Of a DNA stretch of 64,000 bases, positions 13,471 to 26,465 are shown piece after piece. The first letter of the stretch is position 1, and each line of letters begins with the position of its first letter. The notes beneath the pieces were generated by a model. It had not been told where the DNA came from and did no database searches. It was given only the letters and a program-made list of their open reading frames with translations. The translations under genes and the position numbers were made by a program. This stretch comes from Eledone cirrhosa. Its lineage: Eukaryota. Where the stretch lies: the NCBI GenBank assembly GCA_964016885.1, contig OZ024747.1, positions 4,464,001 to 4,528,000 on the forward strand, written 5' to 3'.

Positions 13471-13634
13471 CAGTTTTTAGATTGTTCATTGTTTACAAAT
13501 TTGAAGGGAGGTAGAGTTGAAAGGGGAGGGGGGTAGAGTTGAAGGGGGGAAGAAGAAAATAAAGGTGTAAAAGTTGAAAAAAAAGATTTTTTTTGTTTTG
13601 TTTTATTCAAATATATTTGACTTTAACCTTCCCC

Positions 13635-14330
13635 CCTCTCTCACTATCCTCTCTCTCTCACTCTCTCTCTCTCACTCTCTCTCTCTCTCTCACTATCCTC
13701 TGTCTCTCACTCACTCTCTCTCTCTCTCTCTCCTCTGTTTCTCACTCTCTCTCTCTCACTATCCTCTGTCTCTCACTCTCTCTCTCTCACTATCCTCTGT
13801 CTCTCTCTTTCACTCTCCCTTTCGTTATCTTTCCTACATTTCATTTTGTTTTTTGTCCTCTCTCTCTCCCCATCTCTCCTCATCTCATCTTTCCTCATCT
13901 CTCTCCCCCTACTCATCTCTCTCTCTCTCCTCATCTCTCTCTCTCTCCTCATCTCTCTCTCCTCATCTCTCTCTCTCCCCATCTCTCCTCATCTCTCTCC
14001 CCATCTCTCCTCATCTCTCTCCCCCTACTCATCCCTCTCTCTCTCCTCATCTCTCTCTCCTCACCTCATCTCTCTCTCTCCTCACCTAATCTCTCTCTCT
14101 CCTCATCTCTCTCCCCCTACTCATCTCTCTCTCTCCCCATCTCTCCTCATCTCTCTCCCCCTACTCATCTCTCTCTTTCTCCCCATCTCTCCTCATCTCT
14201 CTCCCCCTACTCATCTCTCTCTTTCTCCCCATCTCTCCTCATCTCTCTCCCCCTACTCATCTCTCTCTTTCTCCTCATCTCTCCTCATCTCTCTCTCTCC
14301 CCATCTCTCCTCATCTCTCTCTCTCCTTCT
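13635..14330. repeat. CT-rich polypyrimidine satellite
   Basis: (CT)n with recurrent CCTCATCT and CCCCCTACTCAT. Confidence 0.95.
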
Positions 14331-15682
14331 TCTTCTTTATTATTTTTTTGTCAAATTTCTTTTTTTTCCATTCTTTTCTTTTTTTTTGTAATTTTTTCTC
14401 TAAAAAAAACCTTTTTCCTTGTTTTTATTTCTTATAAATGTTAGTAACGCACTTTTGATTTCTTAGCAACAGATTTTAACACTTTTAGCAACATACATTG
14501 GAATTGTTTAAGAATGCACTTTGGAATCTGTTAGCCAGACATTTTTACCTTTTTATTTGAAAGAAACACACTTTTGACCAATTTTGCTGCAGTTTTGAGG
14601 GGATTTTAATAGCGTACATTTTATTCAGAAAGACATTAAAAAAAAAAATTATTTAGCAACGCCTTTTTTTTCAATTTAAGAAGCATTCTTTATTAATTAG
14701 TTTAATTTTAGTGTTGTTGTTGTTGTTTTTAACCCTAAATTTGATTTATTTTTTATTTTTATTCATTTTTTATTTTTAGCAATACACTTTTGATCTTTTA
14801 GCTACACATTTTAACCTTTTAGTGAGCACACTTTTGAATTTTTTAGCAAGTATACTTCATTTTTTTATTAGTACACTTTTGATTTTTAGCAACTGACTTC
14901 AGTATTTTTTAGTAATATTGTTTTACCGTTTTTATGTACTTCTATTTTTGCAATGCACTTGTGATATTTTTAGCTGCACATTTTTACGTTTTTTTTTTAC
15001 ATTTCTTTCAAGATGTCTTTCTTCTTATAACATCACATTTTCTCTCTTTCTTTCTTCTCATATCCTCTCTCTTTCTTTCTTCTCATATCCTCTCTCTTTC
15101 TTTCTTCTCGTATCTCTCTCTTTCTTTCTTCTCATATCTCTCTCTTTCATTGCTGTCTCATTCTCCCATTCACTCTCTCTCTCTCTCCATCTGTACTTTT
15201 TGTTGATTTATATATTTTTTGTTTGACACTCACCTCTGTCGCCCCCACCACTCACACACACCACCACACACCACCACCACCACACACCACCACCACCACA
15301 CACCACCACCACCACCACCACACACCACCACCACACACCACCACCACTGTAAATATGTGAATGTCAATGCCTTCCTCTCATCCATTATCTAAACTGTTAT
15401 TGTTTATTACCTTTATTCTCCATAACTTCCATCCAGTTATCATCAGAACCACTAGTGCCCACCTGTATCATATCGCCATTATTCAACATACACACACATA
15501 TATATATACGCACACACACACACATACACGCAAGCATTCAAACAGCAACACTTTCAGAAAAATGTATCAAGCAGCTTTGTTACATTAATTGCACATTAGG
15601 CCGATATATATATGTATGTATGTATATATATATATATATATTGTTTAATAACCAAAAAAAAAAATATATATATATATGTATG

Positions 15683-15725
<43 letters not shown>

Positions 15726-17744
15726 GTGCGTGTCTGTGTCTATTTCATATGAACAAATCAATTAAAAGGTATTACTGCCATGACTTTAAAAAAACCTCAA
15801 TTGCAACAATATAATTTATCAAATAAGTATAGCTTTCCATATTTCAATATTAATAAGTTGCTTTGGCGAGTGTTGTAGAGCAAGTGGTTAGCCAAGATTT
15901 CATCATAGTTTCAAAGTCGTTTTGGAGCCAGTTCACTTCATATTACTTTCATTAATTCTTCACTTATGCTGCTAAATTACTGTTTTGCAAAATGTCAAAT
16001 TCATCACTTTTCCCCATATCCCCCATTTCCTGAAAAATATAGGGCCCTCATGCTTAATCGAAAGGAATCCAGTATTGGTGAGTGACAAAATTGCCGTGGA
16101 GCCATAGATAAAAATAATCTTTGTAGGAGCAGATTTGTTATTCAGTTTATATGTAGTAGCTGTCTTATTTACATCACAGATACACTAGGGACAGGTATAA
16201 TTTCACCACCTTCCACATCTTGCTGCCTAGTTAATAGTACGAGGCTTTCTGCCTATGCAAGAACCCTATTCATTCCCGTATATGAGAGCAGGTGTTTGTG
16301 GGGGTGGATAATGAACAAGCTGTGCAAACAAGTAAATCTAAACTCCCCCATGTGTGTCTGTGACTTTGGCATCATTCCTCCTCTTGTTGGAAAACATTCC
16401 ACTACTCTTTTCCACTCACATCGCTAGTGCTCTTTGAAAAAAGCATGAACATCACAACTTCCCATTTCCCAGCCCATCCATCTCACCTGCCACTTCTTTT
16501 TTATAAAATATAGGACTTTGTGCTTGACAAGATTTATTAAAAAGCAAAAAAAAAAAAAAATTTCATCAACAAAAAAAAATTCAAAATTTAAGATTTTTTT
16601 AGGAGGGTGGGTGGGGGGAATTAAAGTAAAAGAAATAACAACTGCAAATGTTTTTCCCATTTATAATTTTCTCTTCTGCATGGAATTCTTTGCATTTGAA
16701 CTGGTACCCCAGCTCTTTATATGAGATAAATATATATATATTATATATATATATTAACTGATACATGTTGACAAATAAAACAAACAAAAAAACTTGGTTT
16801 CGAATGAATTTATGGTAAGGGATCCATGAATCCTAGTTATTTGTGGGTGGGTTGGATCCCGGTGGGGGAGGGAGGGGGGAATGAAAAGATTTCTTTGTTG
16901 TGCCTGTGTGTTTCTTTTCTATTCATTGAAATAAATATCTTTGTTGACAAAGAACAGTTATCGCCAAATTATACAAAACCATTTTACTTGAAACGCTCAC
17001 AGCTAACATTCCATTTTTTCTTATATATATTTTTTTTCACTTCCTAATTACATCAGCTATTTTGTTAAAAAAAAAGCAAAGTTTGTTAATAAAAGAAAAA
17101 TTTAATAATAAAATAAAAATGTAAATGTTCTGCCTTAAAATGAAAGTACAATGGATCCAAGCTTTTTACAAATAACTTATATAATAACCATCATTTTATT
17201 ATCGTTAGGATCATTATTTTTATCATCATTATTATTATTATTGATTCTATTATTTTCTCAATATATATATACATATATATATATATGCATGTGTGTACAT
17301 ACATATATGTGTGTATGTAAATGCATATATATATATTCATGTGTATATGCATATATATATATATATATATAATATGTATGTATGTATGAAAGGGATTTGT
17401 ATGAATGCCAGATTAAGGGCTGGATAAAACAATAATAAAAAGCAAGCCAAATAAGTTTAACTTTGTAGAACAGTGGTTTCCAAATATATTTCTACCCTAG
17501 CTTTCTTTTTCTCAATAAACCTATCTCCAGTCTACTCGAGGTAGATAAAAATCAATAGGAAGATAAAAATCAATATGTTATTAATTAATTAATTGGATTT
17601 ATTCTGTTCCTTCATCAAGAGAAAATGTTTTATTCCAGTTTGTAAACCTTAAATACATTATAATATTGAATACCAGTGCTGAGCAGCATGTAACTACCAG
17701 CTCAGAAATGAGTCACTGATGGTACACAAGGTTAAGAGTAAAGA

Positions 17745-18112
17745 CACACTTCAGTCATGAATGACCATGAAATTTGCATCTAGAAAGTCCCCTTCTGAGG
17801 CACAAGTCTGGGCAAGTTTGTTTGTGGAAGACCAGCAGTCAGCCATGCATGCTAGTCGCCCCTCTCTCCATGCCAGTCGCCCCTCTCTCCATGCCAGTCT
17901 CCCCTCTCTCCATGCCACTGATGTTGTCCAAAGGAAAGGCAATTGCCAATACAGATTGGCACCAGAAATATTGCAACTTATTTCTACATCTGAGTGAACT
18001 AGAGCAACATGAAATAAAGTTTGTTGCTCAAGGACACAATGCATCACTTGGTCCAGGAATCAAACTCACAACCTCACAATTGCAAGCCCAATGCTCTAAC
18101 CACTAAGCCATG
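17745..18112 (-). mobile_element. tRNA-headed CORE-like SINE (family C head) with a distinct tail
   Basis: Reverse complement GGCTTAGTGGTTAGAGCATTGGGCTTGCAAT..GTGTCCTTGAGCAA..TTTATTTCATGTTGCTC; internal 21-bp triplication. Confidence 0.75.
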
Positions 18113-19219
18113 CACCTTCATAAGGTTATAATCACCAGAAAGATACAACATGGTACGTTACATTACAGATTTGCTAAAATAGACAATGTAGCTATTGTTT
18201 CAATTTATATATTTCCATATGATTCCATTTCTACCCTTCTGAAACTTTCTATCTTGCGAGCCACGGATTTAAGGATCAATTATATGATCTCAAAATAATT
18301 AGGATAGATAAAGGAAAATCTTTTAACAAGAAAAACTTTAACAAGAGAGCAGAATGTTAATTTTGATCAACCTTAAATGAGCAGTCTAGATGTGGGATAT
18401 TTAATTGTTCATTCACATGAAAAGCTGTCAAATTACTGCTACATTGACAACATTGTGTGGAATTCAATGCTGGGCAATTTCATATAAATTTTGTTAGTGG
18501 CTGTCAACAACTAAAAATATATCATTGCCATAAAATACATTTCTGAAGAAAAGGATGTATTTTAGCGCTATTGAATTCCATTTGTATAGTGGAATAATTG
18601 ATTTAGTATTTTAAGGGAATAAAGGTTTTGCTTATATGTATGTGTGCAGATTCATATTTTACAAATTTATCCTAGAGTGGCTAATATCTTTTCACAAAAC
18701 ATAAAATATGTAGATTGCAAATGAGACGAGAAAACATTGAGTATCACTGATTTAGGGGTTTGTTTTTGTTTGGTTCCAGCCCTGTTTATTGTATACATTT
18801 GTTTAACCCTCTCATGACTATTACTATATTCATAACAAAATACACTGCCTAGAATCAATCAAGTTTGAAAATAGAAATTTAGAACTATTTAGTAAAATAA
18901 ATAATATAATATAGATATACATTTTTGAAATATAACTAAAAGTTCTTACATGAAATTATGATGGAAGGTTTTAATTTAAATATGGACATTTTAAAATGCA
19001 AGATTTTATATTGTAGAACCAGAAATGGTCACAGAAATCTTGTTTCCAAATGAGTTAAATATATGTAAGTTCTATTTTATATATATATATGTTAGTTAGG
19101 TGTGTAACAACAGTTATAGGTGGCACACTGTTATGAGGTCTGTTTCATTTGGGTTGTATTCCAGTGTCACGGCTGTAGTGTGCAGAATGTAAATAGACAC
19201 TTTTAAATCTCTCTCTCTC

Positions 19220-19274
<55 letters not shown>

Positions 19275-20640
19275 ATATATATATATATATATATGAACCA
19301 ATTGTATATAACAATGGCAGTTATTTTATTAGTAATATATTCCCTAGATTGTTAATACAGGCATTGTTGAATGGCTTCATTTTGTGAGTGAAATTGTGTA
19401 GACAGAAACTGTTTCGTAGCTCACTGGTAAGCCTGTATCTGTAATTGAAAAAATTACATTAAAGAGTACACATATTTGTGGAATACTCAGTTATGTATAT
19501 GCTAATTCAATGAGTAGGTTGTTCGTTTGATTAAATAATTGAAACGCTCATAGTAGAAACTGATGAAATTCCATTTACATTTCCTAGATTAATGTCCGAA
19601 TTGAATGTACCTCCTCCTAAATAAAAAAGGAGATAATTAAATTAATGAAATACAACAAATAACACCATCATATTAGATGAATGAGAGACATCAGATATTG
19701 TGTTTTTACATTGATGAAAAGAGAAGATATTTTGAATATCAAGACCCCGATATGGTTTTGATTTCTTACTAAAGCCATTTCATTTCACTTCAGTTCCCCT
19801 TTTTCTCTTTACAACCCCCTCTCTAAATTATTGGAACTTTGTTGTGCTTAGTAAAAGAATCTGATATTAGTAGTGGTTATAGTCTCAGTATGGTGTGGTG
19901 GTTATAATGGTAGTAGTGGAAGTAGTATTATTAATAATGACAATAATGATAATGTTAAAAATAATGAGAATGTTTATAATGATGATGATTATTTTAAATT
20001 CATGTCAGTGATCTTTGGTCGTTGTTAGCCCAAGTCAACTAAACAATTTCACATTTGTAACACAAATCATGCTTTGTATTCTTGTAATGCCTGTGGCATT
20101 GAATACTCAAATAAAACAATATGTGTTGAACATTTATAATTTAATAAGGTAAAAAAAAATCTTGACCATTGTTTTAGCAAATATTTGTCATGTGTACAAC
20201 TAAAAAATATATGTAAAGTGTATACTATGAAATATATGTCAGGTTTACTATGACATATACTATGTTTATATACATATAGTGCAGTGTAAAAATAAATATG
20301 TGAAATGGATTGAAATAATGCAGCAGATGATGACCCTGAAAATTGTAAACCCCTTCCCTTCATATTCTTTGCCATGCATAACATATGCTTGCTTTTATTA
20401 CATGATAGTTTAGAGTAAGTTCTGAGTGATGTTTTTTCTTCAAATATCTATGGATATATATTTCTGTTAGAAATTATTTATTCATATTTAAAGTGGATGC
20501 ATATGTGTGTATGTGTTTTTCTGGTTTCCTCTCTGAATGGTGGCATTCAATCATTTTTATTGTCATATTTTGATTTTTTTTGTAAGTGTTTCTTCTGCCT
20601 CCTCTTTTAGCAAGATTTAATTTATATATATCATATATAC

Positions 20641-20674
<34 letters not shown>

Positions 20675-20876
20675 GTGAATATAGACATAGAATATTCGAA
20701 AATATTCTGTATGTTTATAATAAACATTTTGAAGACCTAATCGCTATAGAATAGAATACGTCACGTATTACAATTAGATTCTCGATAAAAGCAAGGGAAG
20801 TAATCTACGCGTTCAACCGCTCTTTCAAACCAGTTCCTGTACACAGCTAAGTATTCTATAAGTCTCTAGCTGTGTC

Positions 20877-20965
20877 ATTCTCGATAAAAGCACTGGATAT
20901 GTAGTCCTGATGATTTCTAACAAGAATGAAACGCGTAGATTACTTCCCTTGCTTTTATCGAGAAT
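20877..20965 (+). ncRNA. Type I hammerhead ribozyme, copy 1
   Basis: Stem I GTAGTC/GATTAC, CTGATGA (20907-13), stem II TTCT-AACA-AGAA, GAAA-CGCG-TA with predicted cleavage after 20937; stem I extended by 15-bp ATTCTCGATAAAAGC/GCTTTTATCGAGAAT. Confidence 0.85.
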
Positions 20966-21186
20966 CTAATTGTAATACGTGACGTATTCTATTCTATAGC
21001 GATTAGGTCTTCAAAATGTTTATTATAAACATACAGAATATTTTCGAATATTCTATGTCTATATTCACATATATATCGCTATTTCAGAGCATTTATTCCA
21101 ATTTCTAATTTCTGCCGGACCGGCAACCGCTCTTTCAAACCAGTTCCTGTACACAGCTAAGTATTCTATAAGTCTCTAGCTGTGTC

Positions 21187-21275
21187 ATTCTCGATAAAAG
21201 CACTGGATATGTAGTCCTGATGATTTCTAACAAGAATGAAACGCGTAGATTACTTCCCTTGCTTTTATCGAGAAT
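21187..21275 (+). ncRNA. Type I hammerhead ribozyme, copy 2
   Basis: Identical to copy 1, shifted by 310 bp. Confidence 0.85.
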
Positions 21276-21720
21276 CTAATTGTAATACGTGACGTATTCT
21301 ATTCTATAGCGATTAGGTCTTCAAAATGTTTATTATAAACATACAGAATATTTTCGAATATTCTATGTCTATATTCACATATATATCGCTATTTCAGAGC
21401 ATTTATTCCAATATATATATATATATATAATGTATATTATATTTATATAATTTATTTTAAAAAGGGTAGGGGTATCCTCTTCTTTGAGTGATATGTTTTT
21501 CATCATATTAAAATATTCACACATTTCTGTAATTGTGAACCTTCTCAAATTTTCTCCTTGCTCAAGAAGTAAATGTTTTTGTCTTTTTTGTTATAACAAA
21601 TGAAGATCTGATATTTCATTACCTTTCTCATATCACCTTCATATCACATCATTACTATATATATAGATATATATATATATGTGTGTACCAAAATACATTT
21701 TTATATATACATGTATACAT

Positions 21721-21755
<35 letters not shown>

Positions 21756-21759
21756 CACA

Positions 21760-21821
<62 letters not shown>

Positions 21822-22269
21822 CACACATTATAAAAATATTTTCCATATTAAAATTTTTTTCTAAACTAAGGTTTCAAATTTACTCTACAAATATTTACTT
21901 CACTTCATATTAAAAATTGTATGTTATCCTCCAACAATAACCATATATCATATATCACGTATCATATGTATCATATCATATTATATGTTAATGAAGTTAT
22001 ATTATGATAATTATGATGTCAGTAATAATAGCATAATATAATGAACTAGATACAATCACAGAGTATCGATAATGTGCAACAGAAATCAGTTTCATATTTC
22101 TCAATAGCTGACCATACATACATATAGATATATACACATATATATATAGACACATATATACATCTATATATACATACATATAGATATATAAGCAAGAACA
22201 GCATTACATACTTATCTTGACGGGATCTAAATATTATAGTGTACCAATAAAAAAAATTTCATTGGCAAA

Positions 22270-22278
22270 TATATATAT

Positions 22279-22349
<71 letters not shown>

Positions 22350-22645
22350 AATATATATGTATATATATATATATATATATATGTGTGAATATATGTATAT
22401 ATATATATATATATGTGTGAATATATGTGTATATATATATATATATATATGTATGTATATATGTGTATATATATATGTGTGAATATATGTGTATATATAT
22501 ATATATATATATGTATGTATATATGTGTATATATATATGTATGTATGTATATATATGTATATATGTGTGTATATGTATGTATGTGTATATAGATATATAT
22601 ATATATGTATATATATATTTGTGTATATATATGTACGTATGTGTG

Positions 22646-22742
<97 letters not shown>

Positions 22743-22745
22743 ATA
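22270..22745. repeat. (TA)n/(TATG)n microsatellite
   Basis: Direct reading. Confidence 0.95.
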
Positions 22746-23709
22746 AAGTCAGCTGCATAGCTGTTAAGCTATCCTCTTTATTTTCTTTATTTTTGTTTTC
22801 TTGGGGTGGGGGATACCATGGTCATTGCTTCACTCGGAGAACATAAATACAACAATTTTTTTTTTAATGAAGAAAATATTGATTTTAAGAACAACAATAT
22901 CAATAAGAACTGCTAACAACAATAACAACCTTTTGGTACCTCCAGTACAACCAGCTTCAATCATATAAATAAATTTTTTGATTTAAAAAAAATTTTTTTT
23001 TCAAGCATGATAAATTAACTCGGTGATTATACACCAACATACTATGAAGAAATTCTTAATAATAATTGGGGAAAAGAATCAAGAATCTCAAATGAACAAT
23101 AACACACACTGATTAAAAAAATAATATGCAAAAAAAAAGAAATTGAAAGAACTGACTTAATCAAGAAGAAAAATATTTAAAATATGTTTCAAGATTAAAA
23201 TGAGAGACAAAATTAAAAAAATATATATATAAAAAACCCAACAAATATTGAATTTCTTTAAGACATTTCTTTTATCATCTTCGTTATAATTTGAATCATT
23301 CCAAAAAAAAAAAAAACTACATACACATCTTACACACATTCTCAAAATATGTGTACACATATTTATTCTAAGTGGCTTCTAAAGTTCTGCTGGTGCTTAA
23401 ATCAATCCCCAACTCCAACCCCCATCCCTTAACACCAACTTATTACTTTCTATCACTCTCTTATATTTTAGCCGATTATTTTTTTTTTCTTTTGTACTTT
23501 TCCTTCATTCCCCCTCCCCCACACACACATTTCAACATTGAAAATTACTAAAATAAAATAGGAAATGAGGATAAAAATGATTGTGGAATCATGTTGAAAA
23601 TTGGAGCAATTTCTTCATAATAATTATTTTAATTTCCTCTTTAAAAGAAGAGGGGAAAAGATAGAATTTTAAGTTTACTGAAAATAATCTGACTTTTGAA
23701 ATAAATATT

Positions 23710-23740
<31 letters not shown>

Positions 23741-24533
23741 GCTTTATAAATACAAGTGTATTTGTATGTATGGAAGTGTCTGTACATTATATATATATAT
23801 ATAATATTCTTCCATGTATGTATTGATTTTAATCAAAGATTTCATCTTGGTTTTAGTTTCCTCCCTTTTTTAGAAAATATTGTTCTTTTGTTTTTATTTT
23901 ATATTTTTCATGTTTTTTTTTCTTTCCCTTATGTATTTTGGGTTTTAAAAAAAAATGTTTAATCATCAATTAGATAAAAAGTCCATTATTTAATTCCAAG
24001 GCAATTAAAATGTTGCACTGGGAACTGGAATTTTATTTCTGGACCTTGTTGACTTGATATGTGAGAGAGAGAAAGACAGAAAAAGTGTGTATATGTGTTA
24101 TAAAACTCTGATGTGCATGTTTTATGTTTGTATGTATGTGTATATATCTATATATATATTATGTATATGTATATATATGTATGTATGTGTGTGTGTGTTC
24201 AATTGCTTCTTCATTATCTTAAAAGGCATTGTTGTAAATCATCTCAAAATGGATATTTTTCATTATCTTCTGTTTCTTATTTTTCTTTTCATTTTTTTCT
24301 TTTTTTCTTTTTTTTTATTAGTTTTAATCTAGTTTTATTATATATTTATTCATTATTTATTTATTTATGTTAACACCATTCTTTAATTACATTGACTAGG
24401 TATACTTCAGTTATGGTATTCTGTCAGTTCTATCGAGTGTTACTTTGAGAAAAGCCTTTGCTAGACTAAACTAAGCTAAGCGAATGTAACCTATACTACA
24501 ATTCTTCTCTCTTTAGGGGTATGTAGCGCTGTG

Positions 24534-24748
24534 TTAACCCTTTAGCATTTACATTACTCACTATTGTATTTTCATGGTAAATACTTTATCTCACATAATT
24601 TCGAATCTGCAAGATTTTGATGAGGTTATTATTTATTTTGAGAATAATACCTTAACTTCGGTATAAGCGGCCCATTATGACCGGTTTGAATAGAAAGAGG
24701 TGTGAGGATTCTGGTCAGATATGTCCAGTTTAAAATCTAAAGGGTTAA
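24534..24748. mobile_element. piggyBac-like MITE (TTAA-flanked, CCCTTTAG termini)
   Basis: TTAACCCTTTAGCATTT ... AAATCTAAAGGGTTAA; related copy at 62033-62602. Confidence 0.6.
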
Positions 24749-25354
24749 TGTGAATGTGGTGAACCAGATGCTTTCTCATTCTGCAGATATTCCACTTAGT
24801 GTTAGAATTGAAATCACCAAGAAGTAAATTACTTATTAGCAATGTCATATGTATATTGCTAGAGTGTCCATTGTCAACAATACAGCACTGCCTTTGTCAT
24901 CTTTCAGTTAATCTTGATTTCAGAAGTCTTACATGTGTTATGCCACACATTTCTCAATGAGTGATCAGAAGATAGTTGTTGTGAAAATTAAAATAGAAAA
25001 AAGGAATTGTAAAGTGTGATCATGTTTAACTATAGTTGAAATACTACAAGTGCTTGTATTTTCCATGCTATAACCAAGACCAATTATAAGACAGGATGTG
25101 ACAGGAATAATAATAATGATAATAATAATTGCCCTAGGTGTTGGGAAGACATTTGGCAAGAAATGGAAACAAGACTGAAGGAAGAGGAAAAACAAATAAT
25201 AAAAATAATGAGAATAATCATTTCATTTATTGGCCACAAGAGCCTAAGAAATTGGGCAGATTAGGAGAGTGAAATAAAGGGAGATTAATAAGGAACAGTA
25301 AGGGATCTATAATAGGATGGGTTCAGTAATAATAATTGATAAATAGGTAATAAT

Positions 25355-25460
25355 AATTGTTTCTACTTTTGGAACAAGGCCAGCAATTACCCAGTGTATT
25401 ACTGGTACTTTATTTTATCGACCCCGTAAGGATGAAAAGCAAAGTTAACCTTGGCGGGAT
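25355..25460 (-). mobile_element. Family-M SINE, 3' half
   Basis: Reverse complement of the core: ACTGGTACTTTATTTTATCGACCCCGTAAGGATGAAA. Confidence 0.8.
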
Positions 25461-25584
25461 AAATAGGTAATAATAATGTGAACTAATGATACCAAATGAA
25501 GTAGGATGTAGAAGAATGGTCTCCCCTTCATACAAAATGGAGAGGACACTACATAGGGGGATTCATTGCACAATAATAATGATA

Positions 25585-25800
25585 ATGAAATTGATAGATA
25601 TGACAGGTTAGCTTTGGAGATTAAATAGTTGTCGTCACTGAAAAAGGTGGTAGTAATACCAATAATAGTTGGAGTCTTGGGAACAGTGGGTAAAGATCTT
25701 GAGAAGTACAGGAAACAAATAGGAATTGAAATATGGATGGAACATTTACAGAAAACAGCATTGTTTGAAACAGCTCATACTTCGGAGGGTACTTGTAAAA
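25585..25800 (+). mobile_element. R4/Dong-like (RLE-type) LINE C-terminus
   Basis: YDRLALEIK*LSSLKKVVVIPIIVGVLGTV..LQKTALFETAH matches the R4/Dong pattern KY..L..EI ... V.VIP..IGALG ... LQK..LL.TA. Confidence 0.75.
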
Positions 25801-26465
25801 TAAGGGGTGTTACTTCAGTTTACTGGTAGTGAACAGCTAACACTGTAATACATCTCCAGTGTTAGAAGCTGGGATAAGGGGTGTTACCTCAGTTCACTGG
25901 TAGTGAACAGTTAACACTGTAATATATCTCCAGCATTAGAAGCTGGGATAAGAGGTGTTACCTCAGTTCACTGGTAGTGAACAGTTAACACTGTAATATA
26001 TCTCCAGCATTAGAAGCTGGGATAAGGGGTGTTACTTCAGTTTACTGGTAGTGAACAGCTAACACTGTAATACATCTCCAGTGTTAGAAGCTGGGATAAG
26101 GGGTGTTACCTCAGTTCACTGGTAGTGAACAGTTAACACTGTAATATATCTCCAGCATTAGAAGCTGGGATAAGAGGTGTTACCTCAGTTCACTGGTAGT
26201 GAACAGTTAACACTGTAATATATCTCCAGCATTAGAAGCTGGGATAAGGGGTGTTACTTCAGTTTACTGGTAGTGAACAGCTAACACTGTAATACATCTC
26301 CAGTGTTAGAAGCTGGGATAAGGGGTGTTACCTCAGTTCACTGGTAGTGAACAGTTAACACTGTAATATATCTCCAGCATTAGAAGCTGGGATAAGGGGT
26401 GTTACCTCAGTTCACTGGTAGTGAACAGCTAACACAGTAATACATCTCCAGTGTTAGAAGCTGAG
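25800..26465. repeat. 74-bp tandem array (~9 copies) directly after the LINE C-terminus
   Basis: Unit ATAAGGGGTGTTACYTCAGTTYACTGGTAGTGAACAGYTAACACTGTAATAYATCTCCAGYRTTAGAAGCTGGG. Confidence 0.95.

Larger units (their letters stand above)
20665..21412 (+). mobile_element. Retrozyme/Penelope-like non-coding element: inverted partial copy plus two direct repeats of 310-bp period
   Basis: 20814-21101 repeats at 21124-21412; 20665-20813 is the reverse complement of about 20930-21075; flanked by (TA)n. Confidence 0.9.

Noticed and set aside
12433-13536. 367-aa Thr/His/Pro-rich mucin- or extensin-like ORF
   Set aside because: Stop-free trinucleotide satellite; no signal peptide, splice context or non-repetitive domain
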